Assembly: GCF_006345805.1 (NCBI RefSeq)
Contig: NC_042998.1
Span: 73,284,001 to 73,348,000, forward strand
DNA: 64,000 nucleotides
DNA from: Octopus sinensis
Lineage: Eukaryota
Reading direction: 5' to 3'
The notes under the pieces were generated by a model that did not search any database, was not told where the DNA came from, and worked only from the letters and a program-made list of their open reading frames with translations. A program made the position numbers and the translations under genes. This document shows positions 39,471 to 52,903 of this stretch, piece after piece. Numbering within the stretch: the stretch's first letter is position 1; the number at the start of each line of letters is the position of its first letter.

Positions 39471-41727
39471 TTAAGATCAACGTCATGAATATTTGAAGAA
39501 TCGAATTCAATGCAACTGTCTCAGAATAATTTATATCTTTATCTTTATTTGAACAGTTTCACTATTTTTAATTCGTCTGCTACGAGTAGAATCAGAGAAA
39601 CATTATTGCAAGTAACGGAGACGAGGAATTGAATACTGTTGATATGATCATGTGCTATTTGATATCATCTTGTGTACTTCATAATTATTCTTTCGGTCCA
39701 GGTTTATTATGTTTTATTTTTAATTTGCTGTTTTTACATCTTTCTTCTTTTTACCTCTATAGCAGATAATTAGACGAGTCACATATCTTACCCTCGTGCT
39801 TCAACTAATTTTTCAACATCCTCGTTACTAACAGCAAATTTCACATCTTTGACTTGTTCAACAATTTAAATGGTATTTTCAAACGAAGAAATAAAACTTA
39901 TTTGTGCACTAATTGCTGTTGGGCTAATTTCTTTTCATATCACTTGAATCATTGCTACAGCAACTAGATTTCATCGAAAGAAGCAATAAAGGTTTGAATA
40001 TTTTTTTCCTTGTCTTTTTGTTGGAAGCCGCCACGATTCTTTCATTATTTCCGCAGCTATTTCGAATAACAAGAACAAATTGGCGAACGTGGTTGGTGGT
40101 CATGATTCATATGAAATATTTTTGATCGATCTCATAGTAAAGAAAGACATGTAACCATGGATAGAAAATTGACGTTCCTTGCTATAATTATTAAGTTGAA
40201 TTTTTTTCCTCCCAAAGAAAATTGCCTCATCAAATCTTCAATTATTAGCCTCAACAAACATTTGATGTAACCTTGGTCAGGTTATATTCTATTTTTAGTC
40301 TTCAAAACGGAAACATCACAAAGTCTCAACTAGAAATTATAAGTGTGCAAGTGTATAAAGCAGATGCGTGGAAATGTCTTTAGTTCTGGAGAGAACAACC
40401 ATCTGAAGATGGGATAATAAAGACGGAAATAGAAATAGAATGAAAATAAGAAGCATGAAAAATATAAACGAAAGTACCAAATACGTTATTTGAATGTAGT
40501 CATCATAGTTGTGGCTGCATAACTGGGGATGGATGGCATTAGGTTAGAAGCTTTCAGCATTATTATTAGAGATAATTAAAGATAAATATGGTAAATATTA
40601 AACTTCGAATATACCTTCTGCTTCATTAGAATAGCAACTTCAATTTTTTTATTCTAAATTATTTTTTAATATTGTTGCCCATACTCTATGGTCCATCTCG
40701 TTTAGACCGCGTTTCTGGATATCAGCCTGAAACATATGTAAGCATCAGTTCATTTTACCACTATCACAAAAATGCAGTATATACATTTTCTCTTTTATTT
40801 CAAATAAAACTATCAGAAACAATTTCCACGTTAGGAAACTGCTACAATAGATCTGACCCACCCATAAATAGAATACGTGATAGTATATTAATAAGCATAA
40901 ATCTAGAATGTTGTGTGAATTACTTTTCAATTTGCTATCCTGTGGAGATAAATAATGGTCAAAGTTTCATGGCTTCGCATAAAGAACGTGCAGTCACCCT
41001 GTAATGTTACTTAACCCTTGACCAAACGTTATCTGTTTCAGTCATGGAATAAGTGGAGGTTTTTTTTTTGTTACTATTGAATGGGAAATTTAAAGCCGTT
41101 CTGTTAATCTTATTCACTGCATAATGTAGGTATTGCTGAAAGATTTCTATTAAGCCAGTTAATGATAGTTTATTACTTAAAGAATAATTTTATTTTGAGA
41201 ACAGGAAAGGTCAAAATGAAAATAATTATATATTCGTTAAACAACACTTAAGCGTCGGCAGCTCGTCTGATCTTAATATCGTACTTTTCCACTTTTGCTT
41301 ACTCTTAATGCCGCTACAATGAACATATTAGCAGATCTCAGTTACGAACATCTGTATGTTCCCTACAGCAAAATAGCAAATTGAATTCCAAGAGAACGAT
41401 GCGCTATGTTTTCATGAAGGCAGGTGCGTAGTAATTATTTTCTTTTGCTCTGACTATCTGGAAACTTTCAATGACGTTTATCACGTTTGTTGATATCAAA
41501 GTACACGGCATCACAATTATATTAAGTAAATAAAATCACAAGGCGTAGATATAAATAACAAGGTCAGTGAGGAAATAAATGACTTATTTCTAGAATAAAT
41601 CTGGTTGAATAATGATATCAGAAATGTGATTTCTACTATCAATGTGGCTGTTGTCTGCCTTCCACTCAGTGATTTCACTGTTCACCGAAATCTATATCTA
41701 TATTAATGAAGTTAGCCATGGACTTAC

Positions 41728-41852
41728 TGAGAAACCTCCAGAGATTTTCTCAAGACACAGCTTCGATATTGGAATCGATTTTCTCCTTAATGCAGGTCAG
41801 GCCGGTTGTTCGTCAATCAATAGAGATAATATAGCAATGGACAGTGTTAAAA
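41728..41852 (-). other. candidate non-coding exon
   Basis: Acceptor catttttctgtctgtag| and donor ctca|GTAAGT; 125 nt; stops in all frames. Confidence 0.3.
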
Positions 41853-42189
41853 CTACAGACAGAAAAATGTATTGCTTCTTAATATATAATTATGAACATC
41901 TTTTCTATACAGACTGTGTTTGTGAGTGGCAATTTGTATTTCTGAATCAACCAAGTGTACCATTACTAGCAGACCAGTCAAAATGAATAGATAATTGTGT
42001 ATGGATCTTAGTACAAAATATACTTGTTTGATTACTTGATTTGCTAAGTTTTTGCTCCGCTCGTTTGCTATTGCGTGTTTGTTCAGGCATAAGTCTGTTT
42101 ATTTCTTTCTTATTGTTCATTGCTTGCTTTAAACTTTATTTCGGAATTTTATTTATATGAATGTATACGTGGACTGTGTATGTATGTAT

Positions 42190-42450
<261 letters not shown>

Positions 42451-42997
42451 TATATGTTTGTATCTGGGCGTCTAAATAATTATATATGTATTATATGTAC
42501 GTATATATGTAAGCATATATACGTATGTATTTATGCATGTATACATGTGTAGACACAGAATATTGCCAAGTCAGAGGTTTTAAAATTAAAACAAAGACTG
42601 TGCGTTGATTTCTACTCGCATTACTTCACTACATTTTTCTCCTGGAAAAATAAATTTTTTTTTTGCAAAATTCATTTTTACTTTCAAATTATTTTTCTTA
42701 AGTAAACATTTGAAAGAACTATATAATGCTGAAAAGATTCAGCTTTACAATAACTGAAGTCTCGTCTTTCGAATAGAATGAGGGAAGTTAGAGGAAATAT
42801 TTGCAAGTTAAAATATTAGTCAGGGGATGGGTGTGAAGGAAACTGAGAAAAAGAGATTATACTGTGCGTATGAAAGAAGTGAGGAAGGGACTGAAATGGG
42901 GAGGGAGTGGTATATAAAAACAGGTAGGTCGCTTAAGAACGGACGTACTTGAAAGTAATGCGATTGGTTGAAATATCGAAAAGACGGTTATGTTGAA

Positions 42998-43037
<40 letters not shown>

Positions 43038-44151
43038 GTGCGTTTGTGTGTATGCATATATGTATATGTATATATTATATATGTATAGGGACACTCATGT
43101 ATGCCATAGACCACAAAACTATCGTTATAATGCAAATATCACTGTGTTTTCCTACTTTCAGCTAGCTGACATTATGAACATGCCAGTTTAATGTATAAAT
43201 ATTTATGTATGAGCTTTAAGGAGTTTTGCATCCTTGGGCATGAAACAAAGACATGCTCTTCAAATACATGCAAGTGTATTATAACAGTTACATTCTGTAG
43301 AACCTGTAGTTCTTAAACTGACAAGTTCCAGCTGTCGCCAAAATTGAACATTTATGGTTTTTATGCTCCCCGTTTCCTTTATTAATGAGATGGGAAAATA
43401 ACATTTGTTCCCCCATAATTCTTCTTTCTTTGTCTTTCTTTATTCGACTTGTTTACAGTGTATACAGACTCTCGTATTCGAAATACTGGTTAACCCTTAC
43501 ACAAAAGAGTCTGATCTGTGATCAAACCTCTTTCAGTCAAAATTATTCTGTCTTCCATTCAAATACGTATCTAGAATATAGCATCTAATGTTCTTCCATT
43601 TCTGAAAAGATTTAGCTATGGGTTAATATGTCCAGCAAGCGAAATGACCATTCAGTGGCAGTGTGATTGACTGAGGAAACGATACTTAGTATGATACTGT
43701 GAAGCATCATGTTAACTATACTGTGTTTCTCACACATGGATATGATTTATTAATAAACAAACATCAGTCGAATGTGTATTTGTGTTGCGAGCTACACTAC
43801 ACTTCAGAATGTATGACCAATCTTCAGAAAGTTTTATTTCTCTGAAGGAAATACGAAACAATAACTGTCAAAGAAGAACTCTCTTTTATCAGTTATATAT
43901 CAAATTGTTAATATTTAAAGTATCACATGGTAAAAACACAGCGATATTGTATCGGTATAATATAATTAATAGCAACAGAAAATATTTGGCACAGAAATGG
44001 AATGATGCGTATTGCTTCTCAGCAAGGTAGTTCAAAGTTCTCTCCCGCCGTGCTGTGGAGCAAAATTATTTATCAAATGTCAACAACTTATTTCGCCGAG
44101 CATCAATCAATAAATTCGATGGGAGACTGTGACGAAAGTTCGCTACATACA

Positions 44152-44183
<32 letters not shown>

Positions 44184-44214
44184 TACATACACACACATAC
44201 ACACACATATATGT

Positions 44215-44340
44215 ATATCACCGTGGTCACTGTGAACGACCAGGCTATCAGATGTTGTTACACATCGCGGGCCACAATGCCCTTCGCATTGTTTTAGCCT
44301 TCAATGATGCCACCCCCGCTGGCTAAGCGAGCAGGCCAAT
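44215..44340 (-). mobile_element. SINE 3' tail fragment
   Basis: caccgtggtcactgtgaacgaccaggctatcagatg...gctggctaagcgagcaggcc; recognised from memory as an octopus SINE tail, not verified. Confidence 0.5.
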
Positions 44341-44365
44341 ATATATGTATATATATATATATAAT

Positions 44366-44458
<93 letters not shown>

Positions 44459-44477
44459 GCGAACTATATACAGATAT

Positions 44478-44640
44478 ACGACGGGCTTCTTTCATTTTCC
44501 GTCTACCAAATTCACTCACAAGGCTTTGGTAGGCCCGAGGATATAGTAGAAGACACTTGCCCAAGATGCCACGCGGTGGCACTTAACCAGGAACCATGTT
44601 GTTAGTAAGCAAGCTATTTATCACACAGACACTTCTACGC
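44478..44640 (-). mobile_element. SINE A head
   Basis: acgacgggcttctttcattttccgtctaccaaattcactcacaaggctttgg...gaagacacttgcccaagatgccacgc. Confidence 0.9.
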
Positions 44641-45699
44641 TCATGTATAAGAATAAAAATTTTCTGCATCGTTTTGGTAGTATTTTATTGATGCTTTCTT
44701 AGATTACGTCATAGCAAAAAACCCCAAAAAATAGTCAACAGTAGTAAATTTTAAATCTCACCTGTTTTCCTTCTTTTTCACGTATGCTGCACCTGGAACC
44801 AAACCTAGGTGGGACCTGGGGCAATACTGTTCATATTGCATTTGGTAGCTATGTATACAATATGGGAATAAAATTAACGATATCCATAAATTCAATTATA
44901 AATTAGCAAATTAATTAATAGAACAATAACCTGATATTAACAATAATAGTAATGATAATAAGAGTAGTAGTGGAAGGAGTAGTGATAGATAATTGTTATG
45001 CCGCAATACAACACAGTAGCTGTGTGTGCTACGAAATCGTGTGTGAGCTACGAAGCTACGGAATCTTCGTCGCCACTGTTATATCGCAATACTACACAGT
45101 GGCTATGTGAGCCACGAAATCCTCGTCACCACTGTTATATCGTACGTTCGGATGCCTCTACTACTCAACTCTACTCTTCTCGTCTCTCTCTCGATGTCTA
45201 GACTTCACCATCTATATCTACGTCTAAGGCCAATCTACTTCATCGTCTGGAGGCGTCCACACAACAATAATAATAGTAACAATAGTAACATCAACATACA
45301 CTAAGTAACCTGATATATAATATACTACCATTCACCACTCCAAGGATTAAATACATTTGCTGAATACTGACCCATTATTGGACAGCTAGTAACTTATTTT
45401 CCTACCAAACTGAGTTGGAAAGGTTAGAAATTAGGCTATTATTAAAATACTGACACCACGTGTATGAAATATTTTGATTGGACTTCTCTTTAGTTCAGAT
45501 GGGATCTGAAATGCAGTTTTCACTGTGTACTCAGTTTCAGCACGAAGATATGTAGGTGCAGAAAGGGAAAGACGTGATAGACTGGTGAATAAAACTGAAT
45601 ATATAAATCGCTTCTCCTCAATTATATATATAATATATATATATATATATAGCGAGAAGTTGAACTTTTGGACTTTACTCATAGGATATTGGAATATTG

Positions 45700-46085
45700 C
45701 ATATATAAAACTATGCGTAAAAAATGGATTTACAACTTCAATCTCCATACATATCTTGCATCTACTTTCTTTCCTTCACCTCACTCTCTATTTTGTATCA
45801 CATCTAAACTAACTATGACTTAACCATCTCTCACACCGTCTCCGATGAAGGGAGATAATTAATAAATATCCTAGAAAAAGCTGTAAGACCTTCTATTTAT
45901 AAATGCTCATAGCTTACTTATTCCTTGGGGCTGGCCAGATCGGTGCAATCTCAAGATCAATCAGCCGAAATTGCGAGGATGATCCGGTTCTTGAGTGAAG
46001 ATTAGAGGCTTCGAATGGCCCGTCCGTTTTTTGCATCGTCTATTTGAATGTTTTGCGTTCTTGTCCCATTTTGTATTTTTATATA
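45700..46085 (+). mobile_element. PLE-like 3' terminal region with hammerhead motif
   Basis: KTMRKKWIYNF resembles the end of a PLE ORF. Motif 45838-45889: GTCT-CCGATGA-AGG..CCT-A-GAAA-AAGCT-GTA-AGAC, with a perfect 4-bp stem I. Confidence 0.6.
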
Positions 46086-46130
46086 TATTTTTTATACATA
46101 TATTATTGCGGCGTACGTACACCTTGTTCT

Positions 46131-46181
<51 letters not shown>

Positions 46182-46474
46182 GCCGCAATAATATAAGAAA
46201 TCACTTATTACCTCCCCTTATCTGGAACTCTCTTTCACTCTCCTTCACACTTCTCAACGTAAACATAACGATGTAAGAAATTTGAAAAGCTGAACGCGAA
46301 ACCGGTCTTTCTTCAAAAACTATGTCATTGTATGAAAAAAATTTATATCATTCTTCAGACATAATGACTCAAATATATATTTTTTAACCTTCTAAAACAA
46401 GCCTTCTGTAGTTTTTTCACTTTTTACTATTTTCTATATATTCAACCACGTGCTTTCACATACCAACTTTCTCA

Positions 46475-46512
<38 letters not shown>

Positions 46513-46529
46513 AGGCGATGACCTGTAAG

Positions 46530-46825
46530 TTCCTTCTCGAGCCATGCCTGGCTCATAAAGGCCGGTTTCCCGGTTTCTTGGCGTATATGTTCCCCAACTG
46601 GACGGGACGCCGGTCCGTTTCAGGTGAGCTGCAAGATGTAGGAGGAAAGAGTGAGAGAAAGTTGTGGCGAAGAGTCAGCAGAAGTTTCGCCAATACCTTC
46701 TATCGGAGCTGCGTGGAGCTTAGGTTTTTCGCTCATAAACACACACATCGCCCGGTCTGAGATTCGAACCCGCGATCCCTCGACCGCGAGTCTGATGCTC
46801 TAACCACTAGGCCATGTGCCTCCAC
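46530..46825 (-). mobile_element. full-length tRNA-derived SINE, family D, with 12-bp TSD
   Basis: A-box TGGCCTAGTGG, B-box GGTTCGAATCT; atgacctgtaag duplicated at 46518-46529 and 46826-46837. Confidence 0.92.
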
Positions 46826-47057
46826 ATGACCTGTAAGGGAACATCCATTATGCTAGAAGATCCGCTAATGTCTTACAACTGAGAAAGGAATGTTCTCAAG
46901 GAAATTTAGCAAATGCCAGAACATAAGCGAAGAAGACAAATGAAAAGAAACAAAATAAATCAAAAACCTGATTTCGTTGTTAAGGCTTACGTAATCATTT
47001 ACACAATTGTTCTCATCTCATCAGTGTGATCCTCTTTCCAAATATAATTTGCAAATT

Positions 47058-47410
47058 AAAATCGACCCCTGGACTTATTCTTTGTAAGCCTGGTACTTAT
47101 TCTGTCTCTCCCTTTTTGTGGAACCGCTAAGTTACAGGAACATCGATTGTCAAGCGAATGGTGAGGGATAAACACACAGGAACACAGAAATATATATGCA
47201 CACACGCGTATACACACACGCACAGACACACACACACATATATGTATATTCAATAATGACGGACTTCTTTCAGTTTTCGTCTACCAAATCCACCCACAAG
47301 GCTTCAGTCGGCCACAGGCTATTGTAGAAGTCACTTGCCGAAGGTGCCACGCAATTGGGCTGAAACCCGAACCATATGGCTGGGAAGCAAACTTCTTACC
47401 ACACTGCCAC
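47058..47410 (-). mobile_element. SINE A/B (tail end truncated)
   Basis: Reverse complement of head + internal CA repeat + tail. Confidence 0.85.
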
Positions 47411-47505
47411 AAACAAAAAGATAGAGATAGTGTGTGTGCCTGTGTGTTGTGTGTGTGTGTGTGTGTGTGTGCATGTGTGTGTGTTCGTGTGTGTGTATGT
47501 GTGTT

Positions 47506-47538
<33 letters not shown>

Positions 47539-48024
47539 GTGTTTGTGTGTGTGTGTTTGTGTGTGTGTGTGTTTGTGTGTGCGTGTGTGTGTGCGTGTGT
47601 TTGTAAATATTTTAAGTATATGCACGTATTTCGTAATATTAACGCTGAAAACAAATGGTGTACTTTCAAAGAAGTCGCCCGCGATAATTATGCTCCTCTG
47701 AGAATGCTTTCACATAAATTCAGCGAAGCAAGTAATGGTTTTAATGATCCATCTAAAATGTAAATTAAGGAAGCTTCTGCGTGAAAATAAAACATTCAAT
47801 CTGTAAATATTTATACTTTTATCTGTAAGTTATTTGCTAAATATGTAAGATTATCTACATGTTCTTTTTTTATGTATGGATTGGTACAAGTGTATATCAA
47901 AGCATCTAATTTTATTGCTTCCTTGGTGAGCATTTATGGACATAAATAAGTAAACATGCACAATGAAATGTGTGTACGTATATGTATGTGTATGGATATA
48001 AATATACTCACACACACATGTATA

Positions 48025-48087
<63 letters not shown>

Positions 48088-48289
48088 TATATATATATGT
48101 GTGTGTATATATATATATATATGTATATATACACACAGACATACACATACGTACATACCCACGCATGCACAAACACACATACACAAACGCACATATGTAT
48201 ATACAAATTACACAAGAAATGTATAAGACGGCAGCAAGATGAAACGCCCTCATACAACAAATGTCACATATCAGAGGAATTTTAGCGAA

Positions 48290-48526
48290 AACGTAACAAA
48301 GCAAACGGCGGTGCCCCAGCATGCCACAGCTCTCACGCTGGGTACGGTAAAAAATATATATATAATCGTAGGTGTGGGCGAGTGACAAAAAGTTATCTTT
48401 CGCAACCATATGGTTCGAGTTCAGTTCCAATGTGCGGTAACTTGGGCACATTTCTTCCACTCTAACCTCAGAACGAATAAAGCCTTGTGAGTGGATGTGA
48501 TGGATACAACCTGAAGGAAGCCCGGC
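48290..48526 (+). mobile_element. SINE tail fragment followed by a SINE A head
   Basis: ggcggtgccccagcatgccacag at ~48305; head at 48368-48526. Confidence 0.7.
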
Positions 48527-48757
48527 ATGTATGTGTGCGTGTGTGTGTGGGGGGGGGGTGTATGTGTGTGTGTGTATGTATGTGTGTGTGTTAATAACAG
48601 CTTAATAACAGGTGTTGGTTTGTTAGGCGAGAATTGTGTGGAAACCCATCATCATTTATATATATATAGTTGAAATTTACAGAAAACAAAAGCCGAAGAC
48701 AGGTGTATAAACAACAAGCAGATGTATTAGTTTCATGCTCAGGAAGTGCGAAAGACT

Positions 48758-48842
<85 letters not shown>

Positions 48843-48848
<6 letters not shown>

Positions 48849-49030
48849 ATCCAAACAAGAAGGCACAAAAAAACACAACAACGCGAGGACGTGGAACAAA
48901 TATTGGACGCTCCGGAAAGAAGGAAAGAAGGAGGGTTTAACGTTTCGAGCGGAGCTCTTCGTGGGAAACATAGAAGAAAGAAAGATCCAGAGAAGGGAAG
49001 ATAGAGGAAAAAAATTGCCAACGGTACACA
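48843..49030 (-). mobile_element. ~190-bp hammerhead-bearing repeat, catalytic core mutated
   Basis: Minus: gttt-CCCACGA-A-GAGC tcc GCTC-GAAA-CGTT-aaac (CTGA>CCCA); follows a long (TA)n. Confidence 0.8.
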
Positions 49031-49264
49031 CGAGTAACATTTTGAAAGACATATATATATATATATACACATACTTACTATATACAGACAGACATATCTA
49101 TGTATCAACAGTTATTTGCCTATATTTACAAATGTTTGCAATTCTTATAGAAAGATAATAGTAATTGTATATCCCAGCGATGTTTCATTGCCTAACCAGA
49201 CGGGCATATAACAATATGACAGTCAAAACTCAGGACTTTAGCGAAATACGACTTTATGTATGCA

Positions 49265-49370
49265 TGTACTTGATGAGACCAAGACTGCAAAATGGATGCC
49301 ACACAACATGTGGAATGGAGTCCCATCCAACAGGGAGAGTAGCACGATGGGTCGAAACGACCGTTCTACA
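49265..49370 (+). ncRNA. degenerate hammerhead-like motif with extended stem II
   Basis: tgta-CTTGATGA-GACC...(tggatg/catcca, ccaca/tgtgg)...GGTC-GAAAC-GACC-GTTC-taca. Confidence 0.5.
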
Positions 49371-50100
49371 ATATAAGGATTAATACCAAATCCATCTTCT
49401 GGTTACTTAAGAGCCTATTATTGTCACATACACACATATATGCGTATAGATGTGTTTGCATGCGCACGTGTGTTTGTAAGTGTGTTTATGATATAATAAA
49501 TACTGCCTCTATTTGATGAAAAGAACGTGTTAAGGCAATGCCCTAGCATAACCGCTGTTTAACGACAGAAAAAGAATACGATAATAGAGAGAGAGAGAGA
49601 GAGAGAGAGATGGATAGATATGTGTGTGTGTGTGCGTGCGTGTGGGCGCATGCGCACATGAAAGAGTGTGTTTGAATAACCTGTCTGTAACATTATTCCC
49701 ATGATGCTATGAAAATGCTTCCTCTGACCTTACGTCTCGACATTTTCTTTCCTATTTCAAAATATAATGTTCAACATTAGTATTGGTTTTCACCGACCGG
49801 CTTTCTTGTTTACATCTAACAATTCGCCTCGCCCACTTATAGAGGTTATCTCCTCTTCTCTATTTTCTTCTGTTTATTTCTTATTTCTTATTCTTATTTA
49901 GACAGCATCTTAGAAATGTTTATACATATATCTACTTTAATAATATTCACCTTTGACACATCTTTTTTTATGAGTATTATTTATAAATATATACATACAC
50001 ATACAAATATGCATCTATATATATATATATATATATACACGGGCATATATTTATATACACACTAATACATGCACATATATATTGTATATTATGTGTGTAC

Positions 50101-50133
<33 letters not shown>

Positions 50134-50155
50134 CATATATATATATGATTATATA

Positions 50156-50189
<34 letters not shown>

Positions 50190-50409
50190 TGTATATGTCA
50201 CCCACTCTATACATATATATATATATTTGTACAATTGTACTGTCAGTATCTCTGTCAGCATCCTGTTTTTCTCTGTATCTCTGATTTCCATACCCTCTCC
50301 TCTCCATCTCCCTCAAAACTCATCGTATTTCGTTGTCCATCCACAAGACTTTGCCTATATTAATATCTTTATTTGGTTCTCGTTTCATTTGTGTTACTAT
50401 CTATCTCTT

Positions 50410-50424
50410 TGTGTGTGTGTGTGT

Positions 50425-50461
<37 letters not shown>

Positions 50462-51604
50462 TGTGTCTGTGGTGTGTGTATGTATGTTTGCATGCACGTA
50501 TTCACGCACACACACATACACATATTAACATATACATATACTCACGCATACATACATATTGTGTGTGCATGTGTATGTTAAACTTTGATATTTCAGCATG
50601 GTAGCAATGATTACATTGCATGTACCCGTTTCTATTATCATATCTAATTAATACAAAATGTTAGTAAAGTAATTCTTTAAAATGTTTCCCACATTATAGT
50701 TTTGTCGGCACTGTCAGCAGATTTATAAGTATTAATCACTACATCTAGTCCAACACCATGGGCATGTGGTTCTGATGTTTGTTTAGCAACAAACGTAATT
50801 TTATTTGTTGTTTTGTTTTGTTTTTTTTGTTAGACATTACTACACGACAGCTGCCAGAATTCGAAGATGGACAGTGACTATGCGAGTGCAAGACCTAAAT
50901 TATTTTCATTGTTAACGGAATGTCCCACTTAGCAAAATATTTTCAGTTAATATGTCAAGGATTATATCTTGCTGATGATTCCTGAAAGGAATGAAATAGT
51001 GCCATAGATGATTCCGTCTAGTTAGAAATTTCAAATTTTGCTAATAAATATACAAAAGGTTTTAAGTGTATGAATCTTATGTGTTTCGTGGTAATCAATT
51101 TTTTTCACCAAATGAACACAAGCACTATATATTCGATTTTCACTTGTTTATTATCCTCCTTATTTCATATCAATTGTCTACAAATCCTTCGTCACACACT
51201 CGAGACCTCTTCAGCGACTCTGCCTCTCACGTGTCTCCTCCTGAACATAGACATAAAATCAGAACAATAATAAATTTTATGTACATTTAGCTTAAAATTC
51301 CTTAATTGGAATCCAAGTTTTTAATCCTACCTCACGCTTAGAGGGTGAGATTATCTCCTTTGTATTATCTCCTTTGTGATCCTGGGCCACCACAAGAGGA
51401 AAATCGTGGGAATACATGTTTGTGTGTGTGTGTATGTACGTAAACATGCTTTTACGTATGCATTTATGTTTGTATGTATGTATGTATGTGTGTGTGTATT
51501 ATGTATGTATGTATGTATGTATGAATGTACGTATGTATGTATGTGAGAGCCCTTGCGTAATTACTTCCTGATTTGTGTGTTGAGTGCGTGTGTGTGTCTG
51601 TGTG

Positions 51605-51652
<48 letters not shown>

Positions 51653-52822
51653 GTGTGTGTGTGTGTGTGTGTGTGTTTGTGTGTCTGTGGTGTGTGTATG
51701 TATGTTTGCATGCACGTATTCACGCACACACACATACACATATTAACATATACATATACTCACGCATACATACATATTGTGTGTGCATGTGTATGTTAAA
51801 CTTTGATATTTCAGCATGGTAGCAATGATTACATTGCATGTACCCGTTTCTATTATCATATCTAATTAATACAAAATGTTAGTAAAGTAATTCTTTAAAA
51901 TGTTTCCCACATTATAGTTTTGTCGGCACTGTCAGCAGATTTATAAGTATTAATCACTACATCTAGTCCAACACCATGGGCATGTGGTTCTGATGTTTGT
52001 TTAGCAACAAACGTAATTTTATTTGTTGTTTTGTTTTGTTTTTTTTGTTAGACATTACTACACGACAGCTGCCAGAATTCGAAGATGGACAGTGACTATG
52101 CGAGTGCAAGACCTAAATTATTTTCATTGTTAACGGAATGTCCCACTTAGCAAAATTATTTTCAGTTAATATGTCAAGGATTATATCTTGCTGATGATTC
52201 CTGAAAGGAATGAAATAGTGCCATAGATGATTCCGTCTAGTTAGAAATTTCAAATTTTGCTAATAAATATACAAAAGGTTTTAAGTGTATGAATCTTATG
52301 TGTTTCGTGGTAATCAATTTTTTTCACCAAATGAACACAAGCACTATATATTCGATTTTCACTTGTTTATTATCCTCCTTATTTCATATCAATTGTCTAC
52401 AAATCCTTCGTCACACACTCGAGACCTCTTCAGCGACTCTGCCTCTCACGTGTCTCCTCCTGAACAATAGACATAAAATCAGAACAATAATAAATTTTAT
52501 GTACATTTAGCTTAAAATTCCTTAATTTGGAATCCAAGTTTTTAATCCTACCTCACGCTTAGAGGGTGAGATTATCTCCTTTGTATTATCTCCTTTGTGA
52601 TCCTGGGCCACCACAAGAGGAAAATCGTGGGAATACATGTTTGTGTGTGTGTATGTACGTAAACATGCTTTTACGTATGCATTTATGTTTGTATGTATGT
52701 ATGTATGTGTGTGTGTATTATGTATGTATGTATGTATGTATGAATGTACGTATGTATGTATGTGAGAGCCCTTGCGTAATTACTTCCTGATTTGTGTGTT
52801 GAGTGCGTGTGTGTGTCTGTGT
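50410..52822. repeat. near-identical ~1.2-kb tandem duplication with (GT)n junctions
   Basis: Offset 1218-1219 bp; by eye only three 1-bp homopolymer indels and one dinucleotide-unit difference. Confidence 0.97.
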
Positions 52823-52903
52823 AATACGAGCTGCATTGGCACAAGCCGGTAACATATCCCTTCGATAAAAGTTAGTGACTTGTAGAGATGATACCTGCTT
52901 GCA

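Noticed and set aside
40057-40136. Plus-strand exon-like segment (ISNNKNKLANVVGGHDSYEIFLIDLI)
   Set aside because: Good acceptor but isolated and unrecognisable.
46750-46825. tRNA-like sequences (here and at the other SINE heads)
   Set aside because: A and B boxes are present, but there is no cloverleaf and they continue into SINE bodies; not tRNA genes.
50971-51010. CTGATGA-TTCC tgaaa GGAA-T-GAAA (duplicated at ~52191)
   Set aside because: Register is off by one base, and stems I and III do not form.
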